DNA from: an uncultured Planctomycetaceae bacterium
GTDB lineage: Bacteria > Planctomycetota > Planctomycetia > Gemmatales > Gemmataceae
NCBI GenBank assembly: GCA_963823075.1
Contig: CAWGKE010000001.1
Span: 1,395,868 to 1,459,867, forward strand
Direction: 5' to 3'
DNA: 64,000 nt
How positions within the stretch are numbered: position 1 is the first letter of the stretch; the number at the start of each line of letters is the position of its first letter. The notes under the pieces are model-generated. The model did not search any database, was not told the origin of the DNA, and saw nothing but the letters and a program-made list of their open reading frames with translations. Made by a program: the position numbers and the translations under genes. Below, piece after piece: positions 21,513 through 30,886 of this stretch.

Positions 21513-21529
21513 TTGGAGAGGATGCTCCC

Positions 21530-24289
21530 ATGTCCCGATTGCTCCGCTCGCGTCTCGTCTGGACGCTTCTCGTGCTGGCGCCCGCCGCCCTGCTGACGAT
21601 GGCCCGCGCCGACGCCCCGAAGGAGGCGCCCGCCGAGGACGCCGCCCTCAAGGCCGCCTCCGCCCTCTACGACGGCGTTCGCGTCGAGACCCTCGACAAC
21701 GGCCTCAAGGTCTATCTCAAGCCGGTGCCCAAGTCGCCCGTCGTCACCACCATGGTCGCCTACAAGGTCGGCTCGGCCGACGAGGACCTCGACCACACCG
21801 GCCTGTCGCACTACCTCGAACATCTCATGTTCAAGGGCACCGACAAGATCCTGCCCGGCGACATCGACCGCATCACCTTCCGCAACGGCGGCGCCAATAA
21901 CGCCTATACCGATACGGATTACACCATATTCCACTTCGACTTCCCCTACGACCGCTGGGAGGCGGCCCTGGAGATCGAGGCCGACCGGATGCGCAACCTG
22001 CGCATCGACGACAAACACGAGTTCCAGCAGGAGAAGGGCGCCGTCATCAACGAGCTGCAGCGCGACGAGGACGAGCCGTGGGACCTGGAGGAGAAAACGA
22101 TCCTGCCGGCCCTGTTCGGCGCGGACGGCCCGTACGGCCATCCGGTCATCGGCCTGAAACAGCAGGTCCGCGACGCCACCGCCGAGGTCATCAAGGCCCA
22201 CTACGACAAGTGGTACCACCCCAACAACGCCTCGCTCGTCGTCTGCGGCGGCTTCGACCCCGACATGGCGCTGGCGAAGATCAAAGAGCTGTTCGGCCCC
22301 ATCCCGAAGGCGGAATTGCCGGAGCGCAAAAGGCTTTCGAGGGAGCAGCCGAAGCGGCCCGAGCGGGTCGCGATGGACTCGAAGTTCGCCGTGCCGCGGA
22401 TGCTGATGACCTGGAACACGGTGGACAGCAAGAGCGACGACTACCCGGCCCTGACCGTGCTGGAGGCGCTGTTGAACGGTCGCACCAGCCGGCTCTACAA
22501 GAAGCTGATCGAGGGCGAACAGGTCGCCTCGTCCGTCTCCGCCAGCCACAACGCCGGCCGCTACCCCGGCTGGTTCGAGATCGACCTGGAGCTGTACGAC
22601 AAGAAGGACGGCGACCGCACGGAGAAGCTGGTGCTGGACGAGCTGAAGAAGCTGGCCGACCAGCCGGTTTCGGACGCCGAGCTGGCGCGGGTGCGGCGGC
22701 AGCTTGTGGCCGGCGCCGTGTTCGGCCGCGAGAGCGTCCACGCCCTGGCCGACAGCATCGCCAAGGGCGTCACCACCAACGACCTCGACTGGCTCAAGAC
22801 CGTGCTGCCGCGCATGTTGGCCGTCACGCCCGCCGACCTCCAGCGCGTCGTCAAGACCTATCTCGATCCGGAAAAGCGCGTGGTCTTGTGGTCGGTCCCC
22901 AAGGGTGAAGGGGCGAGCGGCCGGCGTGAGCCGGCTGATGGGGTCTATCAGCCGGCTCACGCCGGCCGCTCGTCGCGCACCGCCGCGGTCGGCGGCGACT
23001 TCCCGCTCCAGGACGTGAAGCGCGTCGAGCTGCCCAACGGCCTGACGCTGCTCCTCTACGAGGACCACCGCCTGCCGATCATCACCGCCCAGGCGGAGCT
23101 GCACCGCGTCAACGCTTATGAGACGGACGACAAGCTCGGCGTGTCGGCGCTGACCGGCCTTCTGTTGCAGGAGTCCTCGAAGAAGCACAGCGGCCCGGAA
23201 ATCGCCGACCTGATCGAGGGCGTCGGCGGCTCGCTGGAGCTGGGCGCCGGCGGCGGCACGGTGCGCGTGCTGGCGCCGGATCGCTCGCTGGGCCTGGGGC
23301 TGCTGTTCGAGTGCCTGACGCAGCCGGCCTTCGCCAAGGAGGACTTCATGCGCCAGCAGCAGATTCTGCTCTCGACGCTCAAGGACATGGAGACGCAGCC
23401 GGAGTCGATGGCCGAGCGCACCTTCCAGGCGATGGTCTACGGCAAGCACCCGCGCGGCCGGCCGGCGATGGGCACGGTCAAGACGGTGGAGGCGCTGACG
23501 CCGGCCGACTGCGCCGCCTTCCATGAGAAGGTGTTCACGCCGTCCAACGTGACGCTGGCGATCGTCGGCGACTTCGACGCCAAGGAGGCGACGGAGGAGA
23601 TCGCAAAGCTGACGGCCGACTGGAAGAAGACGGACCTGGAAACGCCGCAATATCCGAAGGTGGAGATGCCCAAGGAGTTCACGCAGAAGATCATCTCCAT
23701 GCCGGAGTCGGCCCAGCTGCATTTCTACATCGGCCACGTCGGCGTCCGGCGCGACAACCCGGACTATTACAAGCTGCTGGTGATGGACTACGTTTTGGGC
23801 GTCGGCCCCGGCTTCACGGATCGGCTGTCGGCCCGGCTGCGCGACCGCGAGGGCCTGGCCTACACGGTGCGCGGCACGATCACGGGGTCGGCGGACCTGG
23901 AGCCGGGCGCGTTCACCGGCTACATCGGCACGGACAGCGACAATTTCGACCGCGTAAAGAAGGAGTTCCTGGAGGAGCTGAACCGCATCCGCGACACGGC
24001 GCCCAAGCCGCAGGAGGTGGAGGACGCGAAGACGTATCTGGTCGGCAGCCAGAGCCTGCGTTTTTCGACCTCGGCGGAGGTGGCCGGCCAGATGCTGTAC
24101 GTGGACCGCTACCACCTCGGCGCCGACTACCTGAGCGACTATCGCAAGGCGGTGATGGCGGTGACGCCGGAGGACGTGCAGGCCGTGGCGAAGAAGTACC
24201 TGGACCCGGACCACATGGTGATCGTGGCGGCCGGCGCCGTGGACGCGACGGGCAAGCCGACGAACAAGCTGCCGGCGCCGAAGCCGTGA
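21530..24289 (+). CDS. M16-family zinc metallopeptidase (pitrilysin/insulinase-like) with two tandem M16 units
   Basis: Signal peptide. Inverted zinc motif HYLEHLMFKGT (HxxEH). 919 aa, with a second inactive-type M16 repeat. Confidence 0.85.
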   Translation: MSRLLRSRLVWTLLVLAPAALLTMARADAPKEAPAEDAALKAASALYDGVRVETLDNGLKVYLKPVPKSPVVTTMVAYKVGSADEDLDHTGLSHYLEHLMFKGTDKILPGDIDRITFRNGGANNAYTDTDYTIFHFDFPYDRWEAALEIEADRMRNLRIDDKHEFQQEKGAVINELQRDEDEPWDLEEKTILPALFGADGPYGHPVIGLKQQVRDATAEVIKAHYDKWYHPNNASLVVCGGFDPDMALAKIKELFGPIPKAELPERKRLSREQPKRPERVAMDSKFAVPRMLMTWNTVDSKSDDYPALTVLEALLNGRTSRLYKKLIEGEQVASSVSASHNAGRYPGWFEIDLELYDKKDGDRTEKLVLDELKKLADQPVSDAELARVRRQLVAGAVFGRESVHALADSIAKGVTTNDLDWLKTVLPRMLAVTPADLQRVVKTYLDPEKRVVLWSVPKGEGASGRREPADGVYQPAHAGRSSRTAAVGGDFPLQDVKRVELPNGLTLLLYEDHRLPIITAQAELHRVNAYETDDKLGVSALTGLLLQESSKKHSGPEIADLIEGVGGSLELGAGGGTVRVLAPDRSLGLGLLFECLTQPAFAKEDFMRQQQILLSTLKDMETQPESMAERTFQAMVYGKHPRGRPAMGTVKTVEALTPADCAAFHEKVFTPSNVTLAIVGDFDAKEATEEIAKLTADWKKTDLETPQYPKVEMPKEFTQKIISMPESAQLHFYIGHVGVRRDNPDYYKLLVMDYVLGVGPGFTDRLSARLRDREGLAYTVRGTITGSADLEPGAFTGYIGTDSDNFDRVKKEFLEELNRIRDTAPKPQEVEDAKTYLVGSQSLRFSTSAEVAGQMLYVDRYHLGADYLSDYRKAVMAVTPEDVQAVAKKYLDPDHMVIVAAGAVDATGKPTNKLPAPKP

Positions 24290-24309
24290 CCGCGACCGCC
24301 CACTCCGTT

Positions 24310-24367
24310 TAGCCGCTCTTCGCAGAAGAGCGCGTCCGCGACGCGCTCTTCTGCGAAGAGCGGCTAA
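24310..24367. terminator. 25-bp perfect palindrome terminator
   Basis: TAGCCGCTCTTCGCAGAAGAGCGCG / CGCGCTCTTCTGCGAAGAGCGGCTA, just after the peptidase stop. Confidence 0.75.
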
Positions 24368-24447
24368 CCGAGTCGGAGCAAAACCGACGTTGCGGCCGCC
24401 CTCGAAAGACGGTATCTCCCCACCGGAATCCGCTCGGGGGAGAAACG

Positions 24448-25451
24448 ATGCGTCATTCGTGGCTGCTTTTCGCGGCGGTGCTGGTCCCAAGTCCGACGTG
24501 GTGCGCGGTCGGCCGGGCCGCGCTGGAGGGCGATCCGCCGGCGTTCGACGCCGGGACCGTCCACGCCGGCGCACCGCTGTCGCACCGCTTCGTCCTGTCA
24601 AATCGCGGATCGGAAATCGTAGAAATCATCGAAACCCGACCGAGTTGCGGCTGCGCGACGGCGACGCCGGATCGGCGGCGATTCGCGCCGGGCGAAACGG
24701 GATCGCTGCTGCTGGCGGTCAACACGCTGACGCGCCGGACGGCCCCTCGTCGTGGGGCGTGACGCTGCGCTGCCGCTGCGGCGACCGCGTCGAGGAGACG
24801 ACGCTGACGCTGACGGCGCACGTGCGGGCCGACCTGTCGCTGGAGCCGTCGGCCTTGGTCGTCGAGACGGCCGGGGCGGTGGACCGTACCATCACGCTGA
24901 CCGACCGGCGGCAAGCGGCGATGAGCGTCAAGGTGGAGACGACGTGCCCGCAGGTGCGGGCGTCGGTGGACGCGCCGACCCCCCCTCCCAACCCTCCCCC
25001 CGCGGGTGGGGGAGGGCGGGGGTGGACATATGCGATCCATCTGGAGGCGCCGGCCGACCTGCCCGAGGGCCGGTACGACGAGACGCTGCATCTCTACACA
25101 TCCGACCCGGAATATCCTGATTTGAAGCTGCCGTTCACAATCGTGAAGCACGGCCGCCAGCGCGTGAGCGCGACGCCGGCGGCGGTGGAACTGACGGCCG
25201 CCTCGCCGTCGCGGCTGGTGCTGCTGCGGGGCGGCGAGGGCGACGGCGACGAGGTGGAGATCGGCGGCGTGGACGCGGACGCGGCGGTGCGGTGCGAGTG
25301 GACGCCGGGCCCGCGGCCGACGGCGGCGGTGCGGCTGCGTCTCGACGCCGCGAAGCTGCCGGCCGACGGAGTGAAAACGGTCGTGCATGTCCATCTCATC
25401 AAGCCGGCGGAGCAGACGGTGGACGTGCCGGTGACGTGGGGGCCGCGGTGA
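24448..25451 (+). CDS. DUF1573-domain secreted protein (frameshift near 24735)
   Basis: Signal peptide, then the DUF1573 pattern FDAGTV..G....RFVLSNRGSEIVEIIETRPSCGCA. The ORF continues in the +1 frame (24390 frame) after LAVNTLT. It contains the 34-nt GC palindrome at 24984-25017. Confidence 0.6.
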
Positions 25452-25510
25452 GCGGGTGCAGGGGATGGACGACTCCTTTTTCGAGTTCCTCCACTTGCCG
25501 CGAATCCGAG

Positions 25511-27058
25511 TTATATCCCAAGCGCCCGGTCGATCCGCGCCAGGCAGCGCTCCTTGCCCAGCGTCGCCAGCGTCTCATAGGCGCCGAAGCCTACTTCCTT
25601 GCCCGTCACCGCGACGCGCAGCATCTGGCTGACCGGCCCGTGCTTGATTCCCTCTGCCTGTGCGAACTCCTCGACCCGTCCCTTGAGCGTCGCCGCGTCG
25701 AACGGCTCCGTCGCGGCCAGCACCGCCCGCGCCTTCCGCAGCAGGTCCGCCGCCTTGCGGACGTGCTTGTCGAAGGCCTTCTCGTCATACGGCAGCCGCT
25801 CGTCGGCCGTGAAGAAGTCGGCGTAGTTCAGAACGTCGCCCGCCACGGTGAACCGAGGCCCGGCGTCCGCGATGATTTTCGTCGCCAGGGCGCGGTCGGA
25901 CGTCGAAACCGGCTCGGGGACCAACCCGGCCCGCGTCAAATACGGCAGCGCCCGCTCCATTTTCTCCGCAATCGGCAGCTGCTGGAAGTAGCGCTCCTCG
26001 AACGCGAACAGCTTCTTCACGTCGAGGCTGGCCGGCCCCTTGTTGACGCGCTCCAGGGAGAACGCCGCAACCATCTCCTCCCGCGTAAAGAACTCCGTCT
26101 TGTCGTCCAAGGCCCAGCCGAGCAGCACGAGGTAATTGACGATCGCATCCGGCAGGTAGCCGACCTGTTCGTAGAAATCGACGATGACCGGGTTGAACGT
26201 GTCGGCCGTCGTCTTCAGGCCGAGTCGGTCGGCGATGGCCTTGCCGTGGTCGTAGACGCGCTTGAAGTCCGGGTTCTTGAGGTATTGCGGGATCTTGCGC
26301 TTGCTGAGCTTGTTCTTGCTGCCCGGCTCGGCGACGAACGGCAGATGCGCATACTCCGGCAAGGGGTAGCCGAGACTCTGGACAATGAAGATCTGTCGCG
26401 GCGTGTTCGACAAATGCTCCTCGGCCCGGATGACGTGGCTGATCTTCATGTCGAAGTCGTCCACGACGCTGGCCAGGTTGTACAGCACCGTGCCGTCGGC
26501 CCGCTGCACGACGCTGTCCTGCTCGCCGGCCCACTTCACCTCCATGTCGCCTCGGATATGATCGAAGAAGCGGCAGGCGCCCTCGCGCGGCATCTTGAGA
26601 CGGACGACGCCCTTGCGGCCCTCCGCCTCGAACTTCGCCCGCTGAGCCGGCGTCTCGGCCATCCAGCGGCGGCCGTAGAGGAACGGCCGTTTCTCCGCCT
26701 CGGCCGCGGCGCGCTCCGCCTTCACCTCGTCTTCGGTCGCGTAATCCCAGTAAGCATGGCCCCTCTCGACCAGCTCGCGCACGGCGGCCCGGTAGCGGTC
26801 GAGCTTCTGCGACTGGTAGTAGGGGCCGTGCGGCCCGCCGACCTCGGCGCCTTCGTCCCAGTGCAGGCCGAGCCAGCGGAAGCCTTCGAGGATGGGTTGC
26901 AGGGCCTCGGCCACGTTGCGCTGCTGATCGGTGTCGTCGATGCGCAGAATGAACTGGCCGCCGTGCTTGCGGGCGAATAGCCAGTTGAACAGGGCGGTGC
27001 GGACGCCGCCGATGTGGAGATAGCCGGTCGGGCTAGGGGCGAAACGGGTGCGGACCAT
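25511..27058 (-). CDS. gltX: Glutamate--tRNA ligase
   Basis: HIGH motif PSPTGYLHIGG and KMSKS-type KLSKR. 515 aa. Confidence 0.9.
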   Translation of the reverse strand: MVRTRFAPSPTGYLHIGGVRTALFNWLFARKHGGQFILRIDDTDQQRNVAEALQPILEGFRWLGLHWDEGAEVGGPHGPYYQSQKLDRYRAAVRELVERGHAYWDYATEDEVKAERAAAEAEKRPFLYGRRWMAETPAQRAKFEAEGRKGVVRLKMPREGACRFFDHIRGDMEVKWAGEQDSVVQRADGTVLYNLASVVDDFDMKISHVIRAEEHLSNTPRQIFIVQSLGYPLPEYAHLPFVAEPGSKNKLSKRKIPQYLKNPDFKRVYDHGKAIADRLGLKTTADTFNPVIVDFYEQVGYLPDAIVNYLVLLGWALDDKTEFFTREEMVAAFSLERVNKGPASLDVKKLFAFEERYFQQLPIAEKMERALPYLTRAGLVPEPVSTSDRALATKIIADAGPRFTVAGDVLNYADFFTADERLPYDEKAFDKHVRKAADLLRKARAVLAATEPFDAATLKGRVEEFAQAEGIKHGPVSQMLRVAVTGKEVGFGAYETLATLGKERCLARIDRALGI

Positions 27059-27226
27059 GAGCAGCGCTTCCGTGGCCAGGCGGGGAGGCGGGCGTCCTTC
27101 GCATTGGCGCCATTATAGGGACGGCGGCAGGCTCCGGGGATCGTCTGGAAACCAGAGAAGCGCCGGCGAGGGATTCGGACGGAATCCCTTGCCGGCGCTT
27201 GGGGCGGGTCGTCGAACGATGGTCAT

Positions 27227-27941
27227 TCCGGCGGGGCGGGGATGGGGGAGCCGATCGGCTCGGCCCGCGTGAAATCCACGTCGGTTCGCTCGTTGGAGTG
27301 GACGATCACAGTGCGCGTCTGATCGACCACCTTGCCGTTCGCCTTCCAGCGGGCGCGGATCTCGTACTGATAGTTGCGGCCGACGGGCAGGGTCGGCGTG
27401 ACGAACTCGCGCTGCTCGCCCTTCTGCTGGGTCGCGTCGCCGTTGAACCAGACCTCGGCGTCGGCGGGGACGACGACGCCGACCGCGGCCGTGCCGTCGG
27501 GCGGAGGGGGCTGTCCGGGTTGTTGCGGCGCCGGGCCCCGTCGTCCGGGCTGCCGCTGGAGTAGAGGGCCGCCGACGGCGCGGGGTAGGCGTAGGCCGGC
27601 GCGACGTAGGCGGGGCTGTAGTAGGCGCTGAGGCCGGGGTAGACGCCAAGGCTGCCGAAGTAGCCCGGAGCGTAGCCGCCGTAGTAGCGGCCGTAATACC
27701 CCGAGCGGTAGCCGCCGCCGTAGTAGCCCGAATGATAGCCGCTGTAATACCCGGAGTGGTAGCCGCCGGCGTAGCCGCCGTGGTAGCCGCCGCCGGCGTA
27801 GCCGCCGTGGTAGCCGCCGCCGGCGCCGCCGTGGTTGCCGCCTCCCTGGGCGGGCGCGGCGAGGGCCGACCCAACGGGCAAGCCGAGCAGGGCCGCCGTC
27901 AGCGTTGCGACCATCGGGGCGAAAAAGCGTGATCCGGACAT
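27227..27941 (-). CDS. Secreted Gly/Tyr-rich protein with a C-terminal TIGR03000 (planctomycete) domain (frameshift near 27550)
   Basis: Signal peptide, then GGYHGGYAGGYHSGYY repeats. The third minus-strand frame encodes AEVWFNGDATQQKGEQREFVTPTLPVGRNYQYEIRARWKANGKVVDQTRTVIVHSNERTDVDF, a TIGR03000-like sequence, and ends at the TGA at 27227. Confidence 0.6.
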
Positions 27942-28111
27942 GACATCACCTCATTGGGCCGGTCGATTGGAGAAATCGACCTGGCTTGTCTATTCTACGC
28001 GCTCCTCTTCCGCCAAGAAAGGGACGGAAACGGAAGTCGTCCACTGAAGTTCGCCGCCGACCCCGACCGAATGGAATCCGTATACGGAAGTGTACCTGTG
28101 AAGAGACGGCC

Positions 28112-28477
28112 ATGCGAATCGCCGACCGTGAATCCGACGTGCTGGCCGCGTGCCTGCAATACCTGGCCGTGAAGGGCGTCTTCGCCTGGCGGCAGAACCA
28201 GGGAGCCATTCCGCGGAAGGGCGGCGGTTATCGGCGTTTCGTCGGTCTGCGCGGCGTTTCCGACATCCTCGGCATTCTTCCCCAGCGCGCGGAGGTGGTC
28301 GGCGAGGGGATGGTGCGGTTCGGCAATCTGCTGGCCGTCGAGGTGAAGCGGCCGGGCGAAAAGCCGCGGCCGGAGCAGACGGCGTTCCTGGAGCGCGTCA
28401 ACGGGCTGGGCGGCGTCGGCCTGTGCGTCCATAGCGTCGGCGAGCTGGAGGCGCGACTGCGGCCGTTCCTGGTGTAG
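28112..28477 (+). CDS. VRR-NUC domain nuclease (PD-(D/E)xK)
   Basis: ATG at 28112 (MRIADRES). Motifs WRQNQG, DILGIL and LLAVEVKRPGEKPRPEQTAFLE are typical of VRR-NUC. Confidence 0.7.
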   Translation: MRIADRESDVLAACLQYLAVKGVFAWRQNQGAIPRKGGGYRRFVGLRGVSDILGILPQRAEVVGEGMVRFGNLLAVEVKRPGEKPRPEQTAFLERVNGLGGVGLCVHSVGELEARLRPFLV

Positions 28478-28503
28478 CGCCTCCCGCTCGCCGCCGATTT
28501 TCC

Positions 28504-28656
28504 CCTACAATTTCCGGCTGAAATTCGCCAGCAGCAGCGCCCGGCCGCGAAGGTGATCGATCGGAATCCCCAGGGCCAACTCTCGGGCCTGGTCGCACTG
28601 CCCCTGCTGCACGAGGTCCGCAACCCGACGGTACGTTTGGACGGCGATCTGGGTCA
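28504..28656 (-). CDS. Small ORF of 50 aa with a strong RBS
   Basis: GGAGACAGTTGCC precedes the ATG. Product MTQIAVQTYRRVADLVQQGQCDQARELALGIPIDHLRGRALLLANFSRKL. It is not in the ORF track because it is under 60 aa. Confidence 0.3.
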
Positions 28657-28870
28657 TGGCAACTGTCTCCCCGGTGAAAGTGCGCTGGTCCCCAAGGGAG
28701 TTTGCCCCGCGAATGTCCGCCGCGCCGGCCGCGCTTCATGGAAACCAGCGACGATCGGGGGCCGCTCGTCGTCGCCGGCCGCGTCTCGCTTGAAATGCCT
28801 ACAGCAACCCTCTCTTTCCTCGCCGGATCACTTTGCCGGCCCGCCCCATCTTCCGCCGGCCACGCCGTCT

Positions 28871-28937
28871 GGTTAGCCGCGACGCGCAGCGGAGCGCTTC
28901 GCCCCCCAAGCGCTCCGCTGGCGCGTCGCGGCTAACC
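28871..28937. terminator. Near-perfect 30-bp palindrome
   Basis: GGTTAGCCGCGACGCGCAGCGGAGCGCTTC with its reverse complement (one extra G), located downstream of the 28949 gene's stop. Confidence 0.7.
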
Positions 28938-28948
28938 GGCGTCCCCAA

Positions 28949-30001
28949 TCACTTCTTGAGCGTCCCCCGCCACTCGCCGTCGAGTTCCTGGAGCGTCTTG
29001 CCCGTGAGATCCTTGAAGAGGTCGTCGGAGTAATCCCCCTTCCGCATGTGGACGTTGAGCTTGCGGACCAACTCCTTGTCATACTTTTCGGACACGTAAT
29101 TCAGGAACGTCGCCGTGACGCGGTAGCTGCCGTCGTAGTGGGCCTTGTCGGGATCGACCGGCCCCGCCTTGCCCGGCTCGTACTTGAAGAAGCGCTCGTA
29201 GTCGGCGACGCCCTCGACCAGCCAGCCCGGGTTGCGGACGCCGCGGAGGCCCTGGATCGTGTGGACGGTTTCGTGGACCATCGCCCCGAAGTCGTCGGGG
29301 TGCGATTTGAAATACTTCACGGACCCCGTAATGTGGTCGCCGCCGGTCGCCGCAACGCCCCGGTAGCGGTTCTTGAGGGTCATGGTGACGACGCGGGACG
29401 GTTTCCAGCCGTCGCTCTTGAGGTCGTCGCAGAGCAGCGGATATTCGCGCTCGCAGATGCGGGCGGCCTTGTCCGCCCATTCCTTCATCTCCGGCGCGTC
29501 GGACACGTCCACCACGAACTCGACGGGGTACTGGAAGACCGTCACGGCCGGGTCCGAATCGACCGCGATCTCGTCGATCGCCAGCGGATGTTTGAGGTCT
29601 TCCGTGGGCCGAATGCGGATCGCCTGGATCATGCGGCCGTCGAACTTGGCGGTGGCGATGCCGTCCGCGAATATCCCGGCGTCCTCGAAGGATTTGCCGT
29701 CGGCGGAGACCTGGAGCGTCCCTGCCTCCAGCTCGTCGCCGCCCTTCGGTCGGCCGGTGGAGACGCAGACCGACTTCACGGCGACCGGCCTGTCGAAGAC
29801 GAGGCTGAAGTGGTCGGCGGCGGTCGGGTTTTTTTCCGACGCGAAATAGGTGTCAAGATCGCCGTCGAAGGCGAGCTGGCGAATCTGTTCGCCCGCCGTG
29901 GTCAGCGTGGTTTCGACGGTCGCGGCGACCGGCTCCGCGGCGCGCGACGCCGCGGCCCACAGCAGCGGCGCCGCGAGGATGAGGGGGGTCCAACGTCGCA
30001 T
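28949..30001 (-). CDS. Secreted protein with an N-terminal F5/8-type C (discoidin) domain and a C-terminal BSP-family putative zinc metallopeptidase
   Basis: Signal peptide. The discoidin region is inferred. The C-terminal module has an HExxH (HETVHTIQ) motif, as in the basic-secretory-protein / plant-and-bacterial peptidase family. Confidence 0.55.
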   Translation of the reverse strand: MRRWTPLILAAPLLWAAASRAAEPVAATVETTLTTAGEQIRQLAFDGDLDTYFASEKNPTAADHFSLVFDRPVAVKSVCVSTGRPKGGDELEAGTLQVSADGKSFEDAGIFADGIATAKFDGRMIQAIRIRPTEDLKHPLAIDEIAVDSDPAVTVFQYPVEFVVDVSDAPEMKEWADKAARICEREYPLLCDDLKSDGWKPSRVVTMTLKNRYRGVAATGGDHITGSVKYFKSHPDDFGAMVHETVHTIQGLRGVRNPGWLVEGVADYERFFKYEPGKAGPVDPDKAHYDGSYRVTATFLNYVSEKYDKELVRKLNVHMRKGDYSDDLFKDLTGKTLQELDGEWRGTLKK

Positions 30002-30019
30002 TCCGATCCTCCCAGAGAA

Positions 30020-30769
30020 TTAGACGGGGATTTGTGCCGAATGCGCCGCCTCGGCCGTGCTGATGACGCAGCGCAGCTCCCATTCGTCCTCGCGCGCCGA
30101 CCAGGCGGCCTCCTGCGAACGCGGCTCGGGAATCCGCCCTTCGGGGTCATAGATCAGGACGACGAGGGTGCGGCAATCGGGCCGGCCGCGGTAGTAGGCC
30201 GCGTCTTCCTTCAGCTGCTCCGTCAGCCGATCCCCGACGACGGGCGGCCGCACGACCTTGACCGCGACCGCGATCTGCTCCGGGGCGAGGCGGAAGTCGG
30301 TTCGCACGCCGGCGGCGTAGCGCGGCGTCCGTCCCTCCGGCCGCACGTCGTCGAAATGCAGCGGCAGAAGCGCCCTCAGAAGGTCTTCCAAATCTCTTTC
30401 ATCTTCCACGCGGAATGGCGGCCGATCGCCCTGCCGCCAGCGCAGCTGGCGGATCGCGCGCGGCAGGCGGCGGAGCAGCCGTTCCAGCGGGGCCGTCGGG
30501 TCCGCGGCGGGCGGCGCTTGCCGCGTCCACGGCAGGGCCGCCCCGCAGACGGAGCAGCAGCGCGCCGGCCGGCGCGTGCCGACCGGCGCCAGTCCCGGTA
30601 CAGGCGCGGCGCCGGGCAGTCCCGTGCCGCAGGTGGGGCAGCGGTCGATGGTCGCCGCCCCGCAGCGGTCGCAGGCGGTGCGGCGCCGCTCGGGATGGGT
30701 GCAGGCCAGGTCGGTGATGACGTGGCCGTTCAGGCAGACCTGCATCACGTCGCTGTCGGGGTGGGCCAT
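30020..30769 (-). CDS. Zinc-ribbon protein with a C-terminal PD-(D/E)xK-like region, hypothetical
   Basis: ATG at 30769 (MAHPDSDV). Cysteine clusters CLNGH..CDRCG..CPTCG..CCSVCG. The C-terminus FDDV...TDFRLAPEQIAVAVKV resembles an REase-fold core. The annotated N-terminal extension is a translation of the hairpin repeat. Confidence 0.45.
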   Translation of the reverse strand: MAHPDSDVMQVCLNGHVITDLACTHPERRRTACDRCGAATIDRCPTCGTGLPGAAPVPGLAPVGTRRPARCCSVCGAALPWTRQAPPAADPTAPLERLLRRLPRAIRQLRWRQGDRPPFRVEDERDLEDLLRALLPLHFDDVRPEGRTPRYAAGVRTDFRLAPEQIAVAVKVVRPPVVGDRLTEQLKEDAAYYRGRPDCRTLVVLIYDPEGRIPEPRSQEAAWSAREDEWELRCVISTAEAAHSAQIPV

Positions 30770-30785
30770 CGCTATCTCCCGTTGA

Positions 30786-30884
30786 GAGACAAGGAGAAGA
30801 GGAGACAAGGAGACAAGGAGCGGCTGAAACGGTTGTCGTTTCATCCCCTCTCCTTGTCTCCTCTTCTCCTTGTCTCCTTGTCTG
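30786..30884. repeat. Hairpin whose stems are tandem octamers, (GAGACAAG) and (CTTGTCTC), with 35-bp arms
   Basis: GAGACAAGGAGAAGAGGAGACAAGGAGACAAGGAG .. loop .. CTCCTTGTCTCCTCTTCTCCTTGTCTCCTTGTCT. Confidence 0.85.
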
Positions 30885-30886
30885 TT

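Noticed and set aside
21485-24601. 1038-aa minus-strand ORF antisense to the M16 peptidase, and the 675-aa ORF antisense to the kinase (18450-20477)
   Set aside because: Low-complexity RG-rich antisense frames. The sense-strand genes carry the clear motifs.
30769-30844. N-terminal extension MKRQPFQPLLVSLSPLLLVSQREIA on the zinc-ribbon gene
   Set aside because: It is a translation of the GAGACAAG hairpin repeat. The real start is the downstream ATG at 30769.
2633-30884. Tandem short repeats considered as CRISPR arrays
   Set aside because: Units are 7-8 nt and contiguous with no spacers, and they are arranged as inverted arms. No cas genes are present.
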